Below the pieces are notes generated by a model. It was not told where the DNA came from, made no database searches, and saw only the letters and a program-made list of their open reading frames with translations. A stretch of 64,000 nucleotides of DNA from Narcine bancroftii (lineage: Eukaryota), in the NCBI RefSeq assembly GCF_036971445.1, contig NC_091469.1, positions 278,070,001-278,134,000 on the forward strand, read 5' to 3'. Within the stretch, counting starts at the first letter, position 1. Every line of letters starts with the position of its first letter. Position numbers and translations under genes: made by a program. Shown piece after piece: positions 1 through 12,316 of the stretch.

Positions 1-525
1 CTCTTTCCCTCCAGCAACAAGGACCTCTCAGTGGCTAACTATTATAATTCCATTCCCCACTGCCACACTCACATGTCTGTCTATGACCACATGTAGTGCC
101 AAATTGAGGCCAGCCATAAATTGGAGGAGCAACACTTTATGTTCTGTCTGAGCTCTCTTCAACCAGATAGCATTAACAGACCTCCAATTTCCATTAACAC
201 TCACCCTGTTTCTCTCTTTCCTACCTCCAGCTCACCATCTCCTTCCCTTTCTTCTCCTATCAGAGAGTTGCGCTTAGCCCTTTGTTCTCTCCTGCTATCA
301 TTCCTCAGCTTTCTCTTCCATTCTCCCACCAGTATCCAGCAATCACCTCTTACCTGTTAGCCTATGCATCTCCCCCCACTCTTCCTACCCACCACCTTTT
401 TATTCGGGCCACTTCCTGTTTTGCAAGATTGCTGAAGGATGGCTCGGGCTTGATATATTGATTGCCTTCCTTCCTTTGGATACTACAAGGTGTTCTGAGT
501 TTTCCCAGCACTTGTGTATATTGTA
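1..525 (+). mobile_element. Penelope-like element 3' remnant (GIY-YIG end plus pyrimidine-rich tail)
   Basis: Translates to KLEEQHFMFCLSSLQPDSIN, the same motif as the Penelope fragment at 52.6 kb (RKLEEQHLTFHLGTLQPDGINIDF); followed by a CT-rich tract and a GAAGG..GCTCGGGC tail motif. Confidence 0.75.
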
Positions 526-659
526 CTGGTCTTGCTGGCGATGCTCAAATACTGAAAGTAAATTTAAAATTTTCCATCCTTACCTTTCCTGCTTGCAGCC
601 AAAAGATTCCATGGAAATAACTTAGCACAGGATCTGAAAATAATACATCAGTGTAAATA

Positions 660-2080
660 TTGAATTAGAATCAGAATTTATCATCATGACCATGTTACAA
701 AATTTGTTGCTTTGCAGCAGTGTTACAGGTGCAGATATTGCTATAAATTACATTTTTAAAATAAATTAGTGAAAAAAGAAGAAAAAGTGAGTTAGTTTCT
801 GTGGTTCATTGTCCATTCAGAAATCTGATGGCAGAGGGGAAGAAGCTGTTTTTGTGTCCTTGGGTGTTAATTTTCAGACTCCTGTACCTCCTTCCTGATG
901 GTAGCAATGAGAAGAAGGCATGGCCTAGGTGGTGAGAGTCCTTGACGATAGTGGCTGTTTTCTTGAGACACCATATCTGTAGATGTCCACTATGGAGTGA
1001 AGACTAATGCCCATGATGGCAATGGCTGAGTTCACGACTTTCTGTAGTCTTTTCCTGTCCTCTGCCTTGGCATTTCCATACCAGTCACTACTGCAACCAG
1101 GCAGAAGGCTCTCCACACCTGTAGAAATTTTCAAGAGACTTTGGTGACATACCAAATCTCCTATAATTCCTCATGGTTTCGCCGCTGATGAGCCTTCCTT
1201 GAGATTGCATCGACATGATGTCTCCAAGATGGATCTTCAGAGATGTTAACACCCAAGAATTTGAAATTCTTTACCTTTTCACTGCTCACCCCATTTTCTC
1301 CTGATTTTCTCTTTCTGGCCCACAATCTAACTTTGAGTGTAAGGTGTAGAGCTCGTCGAAAGAATCAAAGACTTGTTGATCCAAACCCAAGGCTTTTATT
1401 AGCAAAAGACAGGAGCTCTTCACAGGTGGCCGAAAAGTCTGGAATGATCCGACCTGGCTAGGGACACAACCCTTTAAGGCCCAGACAATAGGCGTGGCTT
1501 AGCTCTCAGCCAATCGCTGTATATACATTGGTGATAGATCTACTATCACATAAGGTTGTTGCTGTGACATCACTCAACCAGCTGATCGATCTCACTCCTG
1601 TACATTCCTCATTGCTGTCTGTGATTCTGCCAATGCCCATGGTATCAATAGCAAATTTGTAGATGGCATTTGAATTGTGCCTAACCACGCAATCATGGGT
1701 GTAGAGTGAGTTGAGCAGTGGGCTAAGCATGCATCCTGTCTTGATTGTCATGAGATGGAGACATTGTTTCTGATTCATATTGGCTGTGATCTTCTCATGA
1801 GGAATTCAAGGATCCAGTTGCAGAGGGAGGTGCAGAGGCTTAGTTTTGAAGCTTCTTGACCAGTACTGAGGGTATGATGGTGTAGTCAATGAAAAATAGT
1901 CTGATATATGTCCTGTTATTGTCTAGGTGATCCAAGGCTGAGTAGAGAGTCAGTGAGATTGCATCTGCTGTGGAGCAATTGTGGTGGAAGGCGAATTGCC
2001 ATTGCTTCAGGTATGAGTTAATTCTATTGAATAACAGCAAACACCTGCTCTACAGATGGACTGTGAATGGATTGCAATGC
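660..2080 (-). mobile_element. Decayed Rex/Babar- or L2-like LINE (RT and 3' end), interrupted by a solo LTR
   Basis: Minus-strand peptides QFAFHHNCSTADAISLTLYSALDHLDN, SPLLNSLYTHDCV..IYKFAID and RKRLQKVVNSA are non-LTR RT motifs; many stops and frameshifts. Confidence 0.75.
1345..1550 (-). mobile_element. Solo LTR with 5-bp TSD
   Basis: TG...CA termini (TGTAGAG...ATCACA), TAAGG on both sides, AATAAA on minus strand; similar to 48043-48274 in the opposite orientation. Confidence 0.8.
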
Positions 2081-2324
2081 TGGACTACAGCTGGAAAATT
2101 GGACAGTGAGTTCAGATCTTCTACATTTCCATAGGATTTTAAGCTTGCTGGCAGGTCCATTCTGAAAATCTGGACCATGGTATTGCCAAGGCAGTATATA
2201 TAGGCGAGTTAGAAGAGGGACCCAGCCAAGATTCAATCCAGGTTTTTAATTTAAAGGTGTTATCCTTCACATCTCCCTGTAATAAGTGATAAATAAAAAT
2301 GGCAAATCTCTTTTTAAATGCATT

Positions 2325-2545
2325 TATTTAAAATTTAAATTTAGACATACAGCACAGTAATAGGCCCTTTCAACCCATGAGTCCGTGCCATCTAATTGAC
2401 CTACAACCCCCGGTACGTTTTGAAAGGTGGAAGGAAACTGGAGCCCCTAGGGAAAACCCATGCAGACTCCTTACAGCGTGGAATTCGAACCCCAGTCCCA
2501 ATCACTGGCGCTGTAAGGCGTTTCACTAACTGCCACACTAACTAC
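2325..2545 (-). mobile_element. tRNA-derived V-SINE/HE1-like SINE
   Basis: Minus strand has a B-box GGTTCGAATTCC and a V-domain-like core (plus strand GGAAGGAAACTGGAGCCC..GAAAACCCATGCAGAC). Confidence 0.65.
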
Positions 2546-2559
2546 TGTCTCCATGTATG

Positions 2560-2850
2560 TTCTCTGTCAAATAAATCTGAAATATTATTAACCTGTGCAA
2601 TACAAAGAGAAAAAAAGATCAACAAAGTGCAAAAGTAAGAGTCCTTAAATGAGTTGAGGAGTCTGATGGTGGAGGGGTAGCAGCTGTTCCTGACCCTGGT
2701 GGTGTGTGTCTTGTGGCACCTACACTCCTTTCCTGATGATTTGGATCCTTGATGATTACTGGTGCTCTCCAACATTCCTGTTCTTGATGCTGGGAATGGT
2801 TTTGCCTATGATGTCCTGGGCTGTGCCCACTACCTTTTGCAGGTACTGTA
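2560..2850 (-). mobile_element. Rex/Babar-like LINE 3' fragment
   Basis: HTTRVRNSCYPSTIRLLN is the C-terminal motif seen in other copies in the window. Confidence 0.6.
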
Positions 2851-3029
2851 ATAAACAATATTTTTCAATAATGATACTCCCAAGTTTGCAGAGAGGTAAT
2901 TGAACTTTCAAAATGTCAACCATTTTCAGAAGTGTATTGACTAGAATTGTATATTAGACAAGTAAGCCATAGTGACAACTACAACCGGAACACTTTCTTC
3001 TTCCTTCTTTAGCAGTATCTCAGAATAAA

Positions 3030-3930
3030 GGATGATTTACTTCCACTCTAGTTCTGTGGGTTCTGAGGATTTGCACTATCCAGTCAACCAGATCTAAGTC
3101 TGGTCATCAAATAATCATTTCTTCTATCCACCAAAGACTGTTCTGATGCATTGAAACTGGTGGTGAATTTCATCTATCTCTGCCTTCACTGAGATGTGGC
3201 TCCTGAGGCACAAAAAGTGCCCACGTTTCCCTGGGTGCCAGATGGCAATGTTGTATAGTGAAGGATTTGCAGAAATTGAATAAACCTTTCTGAATATTTC
3301 CATTAAGGAGTCAATGATACCTTGGATTACAACAATAATGCAGTTCAATTACGGATATCGGAGTGACCTTGGGTCTGGACTGTAGTTATCCTAGGCTGAA
3401 GATTAGCTTCACTCCAGGAGGAAAAGCTATCAGACATGTGGCACTTTGGTGAAAATGATTGAAATGACACATCCTGTTTGATATTGGCTTTCACTGAGAT
3501 TGGCTCAGTTGTAGACTTGTTGGTCGGGATTGTGGTTTTTCACATCTTCAAGGATCAAACATTAAACTGGAGATTCCTCTGGGCATGCAAATTTAAGAAA
3601 GGTGTTCCACAGTTCCTTCTGATGAAGGGGTTGAAAAAGGCCAGGTACGTTGGCTGTTGTTGCTCCCTTTGTTTCCTCTGGGCATTGTGGAGCAGGGAAG
3701 ATCATGTTCAAGGTGACTGTAGATGAGTGGACTCTTCCCTGCAATTCAAGGAACAGCTTTTCATTGAGGAAAGTCTTTCCAATGACTTTCCCTGTGACAG
3801 AAGGCAGGGTCCCTTTGGATCTGATTGGAGATTTTTGGCAAGTATCTGTATCAAACTCACTTTCAAAAGGTTTCCATCTTGGCATCTTGGCCCTTGTGCT
3901 GAAAGTATTCACAGATGAACTGAACAAAGT
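3030..3930 (-). mobile_element. Old, degenerate RTE LINE RT fragment
   Basis: KGTLPSVTGKV, ELWNTFLKFACPE and TEPISVKANIKQ align by eye to GITLLSIAGKI, GLWQILERIGCPP and SEPFSINNGVKQG of the young RTE at 24.3-26.2 kb. Confidence 0.65.
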
Positions 3931-5007
3931 TAAACCACCAACTCAGGATCATTCTCAGCCTGGGAGAAACAGAACTTCAGTTGCTGGGATCCAAGTGTAT
4001 ATTTGTTGACAATTAACTTGTTAATGACATAATTGTAGGTTGCTTTAATTCTGATTTGTATTAACTACTGTGAACCTAGCGCCCTACAGTTCGGTCGGCT
4101 GAAATCACACCAATTGGATCAATCGGAGAACTACACTTCTCAGTAGCAACTATCACGCACAGAACCGACATAATGTCATTTTGGTTAAAAGTTAACGGAA
4201 AATTAAACAGAAACTGATCATTTTGTTTTCTGACCCTCAACGCTATACATCATCGTAATACACTTGTTTTTAAATTCCAGCGCCTCTCTAGGAAATCTCT
4301 CACATGTAGAGTCCATTAAATAACTGAAACAGATTTCTCAAATGGATTTCATAACTGAATGGTGCGAGATGAAGGGCATAAGGAGTGAAGATGGTAAAAT
4401 TGGCATCCTCTTTTTTGGGAAAGAAAACGTTCACCAAACGCTAAATCACTACATGTAATGTAAAACGACACCCACACGTATTTTGGCCCCAGTAAAAAAC
4501 TAAACCACAATATTACAGATCGAACGAGCCTCGGGCTATTCTGGGAGAGTTCATAAACCGGTTGTTGATGGACTCTCCCACCAGTCTAACTTTATTTTGC
4601 CTTTAGTGAACAGTGCCCAGATTCTATATTTCCATAGGATCCTGGTAAGATTTGAAAGGCTCTGTATCCTATTATCCTTGTTTGCTTTATTTGTGAGAGC
4701 ACTTAAATTTCTATCCTTTAAATTTTAAGGAACATCGCATTAGTTTGTGCGTTTCAACAAGTTTTCAAACAATAAATAGGATTTTCATTTCACGCTGTAT
4801 ATCATCCAGGCTGTGAGAGCTCAGTGGATCTGCGAGTCGAAAAGGGGTTTATTTTAAATTGTTGGGTCCTGACCTGGGGTCCTCAGTGGGATTCATTCAC
4901 TAATTCGTTTCCGATAAAGTTAAGCTATTTTGAAATTGTGTCCCTTGTTTTAAAGCTTTTTAAAAAAATCTTGCATTTGACTTTCCTCTTGCGAGTTCAG
5001 GACCGAT

Positions 5008-5616
5008 ATGGCTCTGACATCCCCGGGCTACGTGTATCAGTTGGAGCCGGAAAGTTACGACAGTCTGCTGGAGAGGATCCCTTTCGCCGACGCGCCCTGC
5101 ATGCAGGTGGACCCGCCGCTCTCCGCCGACCTGTCCGGGTTGCAGACAAGCTCCGAGCCGCCGCGACTCCGACACCCCGATGAGATGTCGATCGTGCCCT
5201 ACCCCGAAGCATTCACCAGCGACGCTTTCTCTGGCTGGCACTACTTCCCTCAGATCCCCTTCCAGAGTCCATTCAGTGCTGTCTACGACTACTCCTACGA
5301 GCCCGCCTTCATCCGCAAGCGCAACGAAAGGGAGAGACAGAGGGTGAAGTGCGTGAACGAGGGCTACGCCCGGCTGAGGCAGCACCTCCCGCAGGAGCTC
5401 TCCGAGAAAAGACTCAGCAAAGTGGAAACCCTAAGGGCCGCTATCAGCTACATCAAGGAGCTGCAGTCTCTGCTACGGCTGCACGCCGACCATGTGCAGA
5501 AGGAGCCGGTCGGTGACGCCGTTCCCCAGGCAACCGGCGCCGTGGAAACAGGCGGAGTGGCAGCCGCAGAGAACCACTCAGTTTACAGAGTGTGTGGAAA
5601 CTCGCAGCCCAGGTAA
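5008..5616 (+). CDS. ASCL3: Achaete-scute family bHLH transcription factor (ASCL3 by synteny), 202 aa, single coding exon
   Basis: YDYSYEPAFIRKRNERERQRVKCVNEGYARLRQHLP..EKRLSKVETLRAAISYIKELQ is the ASCL3/4/5 bHLH. Splice acceptor AG at 4999-5000 just before the ATG. Adjacent to C11orf16 and AKIP1 as in human. Confidence 0.88.
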   Translation: MALTSPGYVYQLEPESYDSLLERIPFADAPCMQVDPPLSADLSGLQTSSEPPRLRHPDEMSIVPYPEAFTSDAFSGWHYFPQIPFQSPFSAVYDYSYEPAFIRKRNERERQRVKCVNEGYARLRQHLPQELSEKRLSKVETLRAAISYIKELQSLLRLHADHVQKEPVGDAVPQATGAVETGGVAAAENHSVYRVCGNSQPR

Positions 5617-6099
5617 ACCAGAGGCAAAGAGAGGGCCAGGCAAGTGGAAGAGGCATCCTTCCCCAATTGCCCTGCATCAGAAGGATTCTGGAGGCATTGC
5701 ATTGACAGGGATGCAAGACAATTAATTTATGGCTTCAAATCCCAACTCACTGGCAATAACACATTGTTTGGCCAAAAAAAATGGCCAATTCCAATAATTG
5801 AAATAACCCAGGTCAAACGAGTTCGTTTTGCAATTTAGATGTTTGGGATAGTTTGTTTCTTTGCTGGCCGTCTGCGACAATGCGGGCATTAATTCGACAT
5901 GATTCATTCGGATTTTCTTTCTCATTGTTGTCTGAAGGAGGTTAAGAAGTTAAACCTGCTCTGTTCTTCAACCCGTACCCCTTTGATTCCATTCCAGTCC
6001 TCGCGTATGTTAATTTTAACTTTGAACATCCTTACTCTGTCCACAAAAATAATCAGAAAACCTTCTCATTCCATTCTTTATCCGGTGGAGCAGCTTCTC

Positions 6100-6430
6100 C
6101 CACCCTGGACAGCATTTCAATTCCCCGTTCCATTCCTTGCTCTCGGAGTCACCCCCCACCCACCTTCTCCCAGCTCTGTCTGTCTCTCTCTTCTCTTTTC
6201 CCTCTCTCCTCTCACAGAACCAAATTCACTTCTCACCTCTCATATCATATCCAGTCAACACCTTTTGTTGCTCCGCACGCCTCCACTGCCAGTCTTCCGT
6301 CTTTATTCAGACGCCTTCTTGTTCTTTACTCATTCCTTGAAGAAGGGCTCAGGCCTGGAAAGTTGGGAATATTATCTTTATAATATCTCCAGCATTTCTG
6401 AGTGTTTTACTCCAATCACAGCATCTGCAG
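6100..6430 (+). mobile_element. Penelope-type 3' tail / non-autonomous derivative
   Basis: CT-rich tract followed by CCTTGAAGAAGGGCTCAGGCCTGGAAA and CTCCAGCATTTCTGAGTGTTT, a motif repeated at several loci in the window. Confidence 0.6.
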
Positions 6431-7049
6431 GCTCCCCCACGACAGGAGCTTCCCTGTAAAGCCCTCTCAAAATACCCATGTATTCAACTCTTTTGGTAAA
6501 GCGCAGTAAGTGTGGGTCAATTTTCTCAACCTCCCTCACCCAAAAGGCGCCTTACTCCAGGAATTAATGACCGACCTCTCCTGTGCGGCCTTGGATACAA
6601 AGCTTCCTTGTGTAGAGGCCAAAAACAAACCTTCCACAGGAACTGAGACGGTACAGTTAGACTTTTGTATCATTGGAGCTAGAAGCCCCTTCCTATTTTA
6701 AAACCCGGCCAATTGTTTGATGTGCCTGCATAGTAACACCCTCCCTCGAACGCACAAACATCAGCCAAATCATTCGGAGCAAAAAGTATTTACTAGCTTC
6801 TCGCCTCCTCATTGTTTGTGCTAACATGGGAAGTGCTCATTTCTTCATCTTTTTGTCCATTCGTTTAAACCAGCCAGTGTTGGGCGTATCTTTGCACTCC
6901 CCGACGAGTTCATCGCCGGTTGCTTTCCATCGCGAACAAACTTCAACACTGGACGCCCCATTCGAAGATATACAGGCATTGCCATTTTTTGCTGGCTGCA
7001 TTTTAACCATTTCCTTTAAAATTATAGAGGAACCGCAAACGGCACTTTA

Positions 7050-7640
7050 TTTAGCAGTAGCAGCAGAGAATGAGAAGCTGGCCAGGCATCCGTCGACCTT
7101 GAGAATTCGGTCTCTTTATCGCGACAGGAGCACTTGTCCCGACACCTCTCTCTCTCTCCTTCCATCTGGAGAGGCGGAGTTTCACGTGGACATCGTGCAA
7201 CCCGTTCTGGGTACATGGGTGAGAAAGACGAGGCGACTGCTTTCCTCGACACCTGCGCGAGTCCATGGGGAAACTCCCGGTTATTGACTTCGTTCCCACA
7301 CAGAGGTCCGCCCTCGGCCTCGTCGATTACCACGGCGAGGATGAACTTAAACTGGGGGAAATAATTCCTCCTGGACAGCAGCAGGAGATTGAATTTTCTA
7401 GTTTTTGTAACCCCATCCGATTGGTTCCATTCCTTCCTTTTCCTGCTCCCGTTCTCATCTTCCCATCCCCAATGCCCCACCGTCTCTCCAGCTCTCCTAC
7501 CTTCTTGACCAGTCCGCCTCCCTCTTTATGTTTCTTCTCTCCCTTTCGGGTTCAACTCGACCCGTTGACCCGACTCCCTCCGCTTTCTCTTTGTTCACCT
7601 CAGAACCCGGCAGCTGCCGTCCTTCAGCACTTCAGACGGG
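7050..7640 (+). mobile_element. Old Penelope-like GIY-YIG fragment with CT-rich tail
   Basis: GYMGEK.. and SALGLVDYHGEDELKLGE..EIEFSSF resemble the Penelope YIGET and VLGLLHC..KRKLEE..NIEFS motifs; frameshifted. Confidence 0.55.
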
Positions 7641-8420
7641 ACAAATCCGATCAATGAAACAACTCTTGTCCTGCTTTCTAATCGCTAAGTAATTGGAAAT
7701 ACGCTCATGACATGAACAGCCTGGTCAGTCAATATGTGAAAGGACAAATAATTGGCGAGTCGTTGGTTTAATAATTGAGGGGATAATTACGCATTAAAAC
7801 GAGTTACTCTGGGTTACCAGGAACTGAGTTCGTTCTGTTGCAGATTTTTAACATTGTTGATGTTTGTTTAATTTTAACTAAAATCAAAGGTCTAACATGA
7901 TACCTGCAAGACCGCGCATCTGCTTCTGGCTTTAAACAAAAACCCTGGTTTTATCGATTTGGCCATCCATGGTTTATCTTGCAAAGAGATCGTTGCGGTG
8001 ACAACTCTATGAAGAGCTGCTTGAAAATGAACTTAAATGAATCGAAGAAATTTCTTGCAAACCCATCAGTCTGAGCGAAGGCTCAAAGTGATAGCTTTTG
8101 TGCAAAACTGCCTTGTGCTTTCTGGGACGTGACTGGAAACGGGGGAAGCCGTGGCAAATGAGTTTTTTTTTGTTGTCATTTCATTGCTTTTGAAAATGTA
8201 TTGGTCTATTTGTTAACCTAATTTATAATGTTCCAAAAGGAACTCGCGATTCCAGGGGATAATTGAAATGTGATCACTTGGTTTATTGAAAGGAATAGTC
8301 GTCAATAAAAAGACCGATTTGCACTAGAACTTCGGTGACAACATGGAAATGACGATGTGTGTTTTACGAGCTTAAATGAAATAACAATGCATGTTTTATC
8401 CAAGTCTTACATATTTGGCT

Positions 8421-8607
8421 AGGAGAAGGCCACTCCGATATAAAACCTACGACCCAAGGACCTCGCTGCCACGTCCCAGCTTGCTTGGCCACGGCACACG
8501 AACCATGGGTGTAAAGGGTGGGGCCAGTACTGCGCGCACTGCACTCCACCTAAAAGCTCCTTTGCGCAGGCCCGAGGACAGGTCCGTGTCCTCCCCTCCA
8601 AAGAAAT
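8421..8607 (+). mobile_element. Short (187 bp) insertion with 11-bp TSD, probable SINE-like retroposon
   Basis: CATATTTGGCT directly repeated at 8410-8420 and 8608-8618; insert is GC- and CpG-rich relative to the flanks. Confidence 0.7.
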
Positions 8608-11600
8608 CATATTTGGCTCAAGGTTTCATTGGCCGGTTTACAAGGGGTTTCAAAACCGACACTTCGGAAATTATCCGGATGCTTTGATTGACGTGGCAGT
8701 AAAATAATGAAACATTTCAGATTGACATCTTCCATTCTTTCATATCGAAGAAAAGAGCGAAAGAATGCGGGAATGGCCTCCCCCTGTTACCCTCCAAGCG
8801 TCCCTCTATCCAATATTCTGGTATCCCTGAACAAATAAAGACCGGGCAAACCACAATACATTGTAAATTCTGTGTCATTTAAGAAATTTATTGCTGCTGG
8901 AACGATGAGCCAAAATAATAATAAACAAACCATGAGCGCGGCCCTATATTTACATGGCTTACACCAGGCAGAGCTAGTTCGGGAGCAATGTGATAAGATA
9001 CAAAACCTCATCTGTTGCACGCAACTTTTTTCCCCGCAACACCAGAATGTCAAATTTATTTTAAACCGTAGAAGCACAAATTTGGATTGGTTTTCTGTTG
9101 TTACAAATACAATTTTCTTAACGGTTGAGAACAGACAGCACGATGTAAAACATTATCTGAGTTAGGCAGGGGAGTTCAGTTTCTTCATAACAGATGTTCT
9201 AATAAATGTATTTAACACGCGCCGAAATAAAGATGTAGGCAATGGTTCTCCACCTTTATTTCCCCACTCACCTACCCCCTGACTAATTAACCACAGAGCA
9301 CCTACAGATGAGGGATGACTTTGGGTGGTAGGTGAGGGAGAAACAAGGTTGAGAACCACTGCCTAGATGGTGGCCACCAATGCGAGGAATTTTCAGTTAT
9401 TTAACATTCATTTTTAATTATATACATTTTCTTTGTATCATTTTTAAAATGCGAAAACGGTGATGAACAATGGAAGCGGGGTGGACTATTGGAAACGATG
9501 ACGCTTGTGGCATCATGGTACGATAGACCAAACTTACCTACGGTGGAACAGGACCTCGACTACATCAGAATCTTTTTTTACGGAAAAGATCAGCAGGGAA
9601 GAAGTCCAAGTGCAAATGCAGAAAATGAATTTTCAATGACATGGTTTTATATGCTTGAAGCATGGTGTCAATTGAACATGCGTTCAATCTATAATACAGC
9701 ATCTGTATATGTGAGCTGGTTTTATAGTCTCTCTGCATCTATCCTGACTTAGCATGCCCAGGCCTATGTATTTGCAGGCATACTTGGACTGATCAAAACA
9801 GCTTGCTTTGTGGGCAATATACTAGTAGATAATATATAACAGGAAATCACAAAAATAGATTACATCTAAAAAATGGTACATGATAGGAAAATTTAAAGGC
9901 GCTTTTCATGATCAGCGCCCAAAATCCATAAAATGCACCCAAAAGTGTTCAGGAAGTTAAATCTTCATTGTTCAATGTAATCAAAGATCTTCCTGGATCC
10001 ACTGCGAGAATCAATTTTGACAGAAAGTTATGAAAAATATTCTTCGAAGATACCAGGGATGAAAAGAATCTGCAGCAAAAAAAATTGCGGGGATTTATTA
10101 AGCGACACACAGATAAAAAGGGGATTCTGTTTCATAATCTTTCAATCTATCATCCTCCTGGAGGATTCTGCGATACAAGAATGCTTGTATTGAATATGAA
10201 TCCAGCATTCTTGGAGACTTGTACAAAACATTTTGGCGCCCTCCAGTGTCTTTGTTTATTACACCACGATTCATCCGGGTTTTAACCCCTGTTCACCAAA
10301 CACATTTTTTTTCCTCACTCAAACGACCAAACACTCCACTTGGCACATCAGTGAACTTCATCAATGATGTTTGCCTCCGCGGAGATCTGGCTGCAAAAGT
10401 TAATCACGCTTTCGAGGGTCCAATTGTAAATTTGTATGATTGAAGGGTAATGCTCCAGACCAGGAGTAGGTTGGTAGAGAACCTTTATGTTGCATACATT
10501 CTCCTCTATGTTTCAGTCACTGGGCGGTCAGATTCTCGCAAGTCGGTGTAAAAGCAAGTGTCCTCTGCAAATAATGGGTGATCTTGGTTCCAGAGTGTGA
10601 GTGCTGTTGACTGCACAGGTTATGATTACTTCTTAAAATCAGCTGCACCCCACCACAGTAAGTTTGTTGGAGGAGAGAATATTATGATGAGAAAAATATG
10701 GGAAGTATTGGGGTAGTCATAGGGAAACATGCTGGAATTTGGGGCAAAGCAATTCTGGAGGAATTCCAAAGTCTAGCAGCATCTGTGGGGGGGGAGGGGG
10801 GGGGGCGGGCAGGGGGTATGAATTGTTGATGTTTTGGGTTAAGACCCCTGACTCAAGTTCTCCTCCATCCCCCCCCTCCGGGTTTGTTCTTTGGAGCAAT
10901 AATACAGCAACATTTCTCTTTGCTCTTCACTAAATTTAACTTTGTCCTCATGGCAGCCATGGGGAATACAATATGAAAGGCTGCCTTGCAGGTGAGGGGA
11001 AAGGCAGTTAAGTGGACACAAGGGTTTCCAGCATGGCCCTATGCCCGCACCCTTGGGATCATTGGCAAATGGCCTGAAGCCATGGGGAAGCCTCATCTCT
11101 TCACTCCGCAGAGATCATTGCATGAAAGGTACTGCGAGGCTGAGCTTTGACATTCAAAAAACTGGAGAGTATTCGAAACTCAGGCATGCAATAACAGGCA
11201 GTAACATAAGGCCTGATCCTTGACTTCTCCTTTCTGATCTGATTTCGGCTTTGGCTTTTGTTTTGACTGGTTATTATAAGCAAAGGTCACGAGTTACATA
11301 TGTTTGGTCCCATTTCTGTCCCCTAATGCAGAACCAAACATTGTTCATATTGGTAAAAACACACAGTAAATGCTGGAGGAACTCAGCTCGTCATTCACAT
11401 CGGAGACATCACTATGCACAAGAAACATCAGGCACATCAAAGTGAGCTGCGCCAAGGTGTCTACTCCAAAGGGTAAGACTACCACCAAAAATAGTCGTCA
11501 TTGATTCAAAACATGAAACAGGGGCAAGTTAGGATTTCCATGTAAACCTGTCCAAAAGTTCACAAGGCAAAAAAATGCCGGATTGGCTCATATTTACTCA

Positions 11601-12102
11601 TGGAGGTGTATTGTTTCTAATATGGTTCACCGAAAGCCTTGAGTTGGTGTTAAATAAACCTTTTGTCAATATAGACATCCTTTTACCATGGGGGTGGGGC
11701 GGGGGGGGGGGGGGTGACAGACTTGGTTGTGGTGAAGAATAAGAACAAGGGCACAATAATTGCTATTTCAGGAAAGAAATGCCCATCTCATCTATTTGGT
11801 TTTACACACATTTATTGGCAATAATATGCACATGAGCACTAAATCTCATTCCCTGTTAAGTACCACTTGTTTCCATCTTGTTTATGTTCCCGACTTCCCC
11901 TACAGTGTGGTGTTACTTATTTAAGTTAACCCAGTTCTCGTTCACTTTGGCGTTGCCATTAAAAAAAGTCAAAACATAAACTCTTTTAAAGCACAATCCA
12001 TGAAGAAAAAACTTAAATGAATAAACATTTCCCTTACCTGATTGCACAACTATTGGAGTTAGGAAACCGTGCACATAACGAGTCAATGAGGTACGATTAA
12101 AA

Positions 12103-12230
12103 CAGTGGTTTTCAAACGTTTTCTTTCCACCCACATACCACCTTAAGCATTCCCTTACTAAGCACAGAGCACATAAGAAATACTTAAAGTGGTATGTGAG
12201 TGTAAAGAAAAAAAAAGTTGAGAGCCACTG
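12103..12230. mobile_element. hAT-type MITE (CAGTGGTT...CCACTG termini)
   Basis: Imperfect terminal inverted repeats and internal palindromy; related copies at about 9175-9361 and 45144-45425. Confidence 0.6.
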
Positions 12231-12258
12231 TAGCCCAATTCCTTCCAGCAGTGGGCGA

Positions 12259-12316
12259 ACTACAACTCCCATGATGCACCGACCACGCACGTCATCGAAG
12301 TTGGGAACCTAGCAAC
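12259..12316 (+). promoter_or_regulatory. C11orf16 promoter: ZNF143/THAP11 (SBS) motif, CRE-like site and RFX X-box half-site
   Basis: ACTACAACTCCCATGATGCA (12259-12278), ACGTCA (about 12289) and GGAACCTAGCAAC (12304-12316); followed by donor CACA|GTAAGT at 12395, a probable non-coding exon 1. Confidence 0.6.

Noticed and set aside
3562-4009. Overlapping ~120-aa ORFs suggesting a novel gene
   Set aside because: Explained as a decayed RTE reverse transcriptase
4824-5725. Alternative-frame and antisense ORFs over ASCL3
   Set aside because: Expected by-product of GC-rich coding sequence; no recognisable domain
6826-7657. Cluster of 130-150-aa CpG-rich ORFs
   Set aside because: Motifs match a frameshifted Penelope GIY-YIG end, not a host gene
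10786-11715. G-rich tracts with G-quadruplex potential
   Set aside because: Simple G homopolymer expansions are frequent across the window; nothing supports a function
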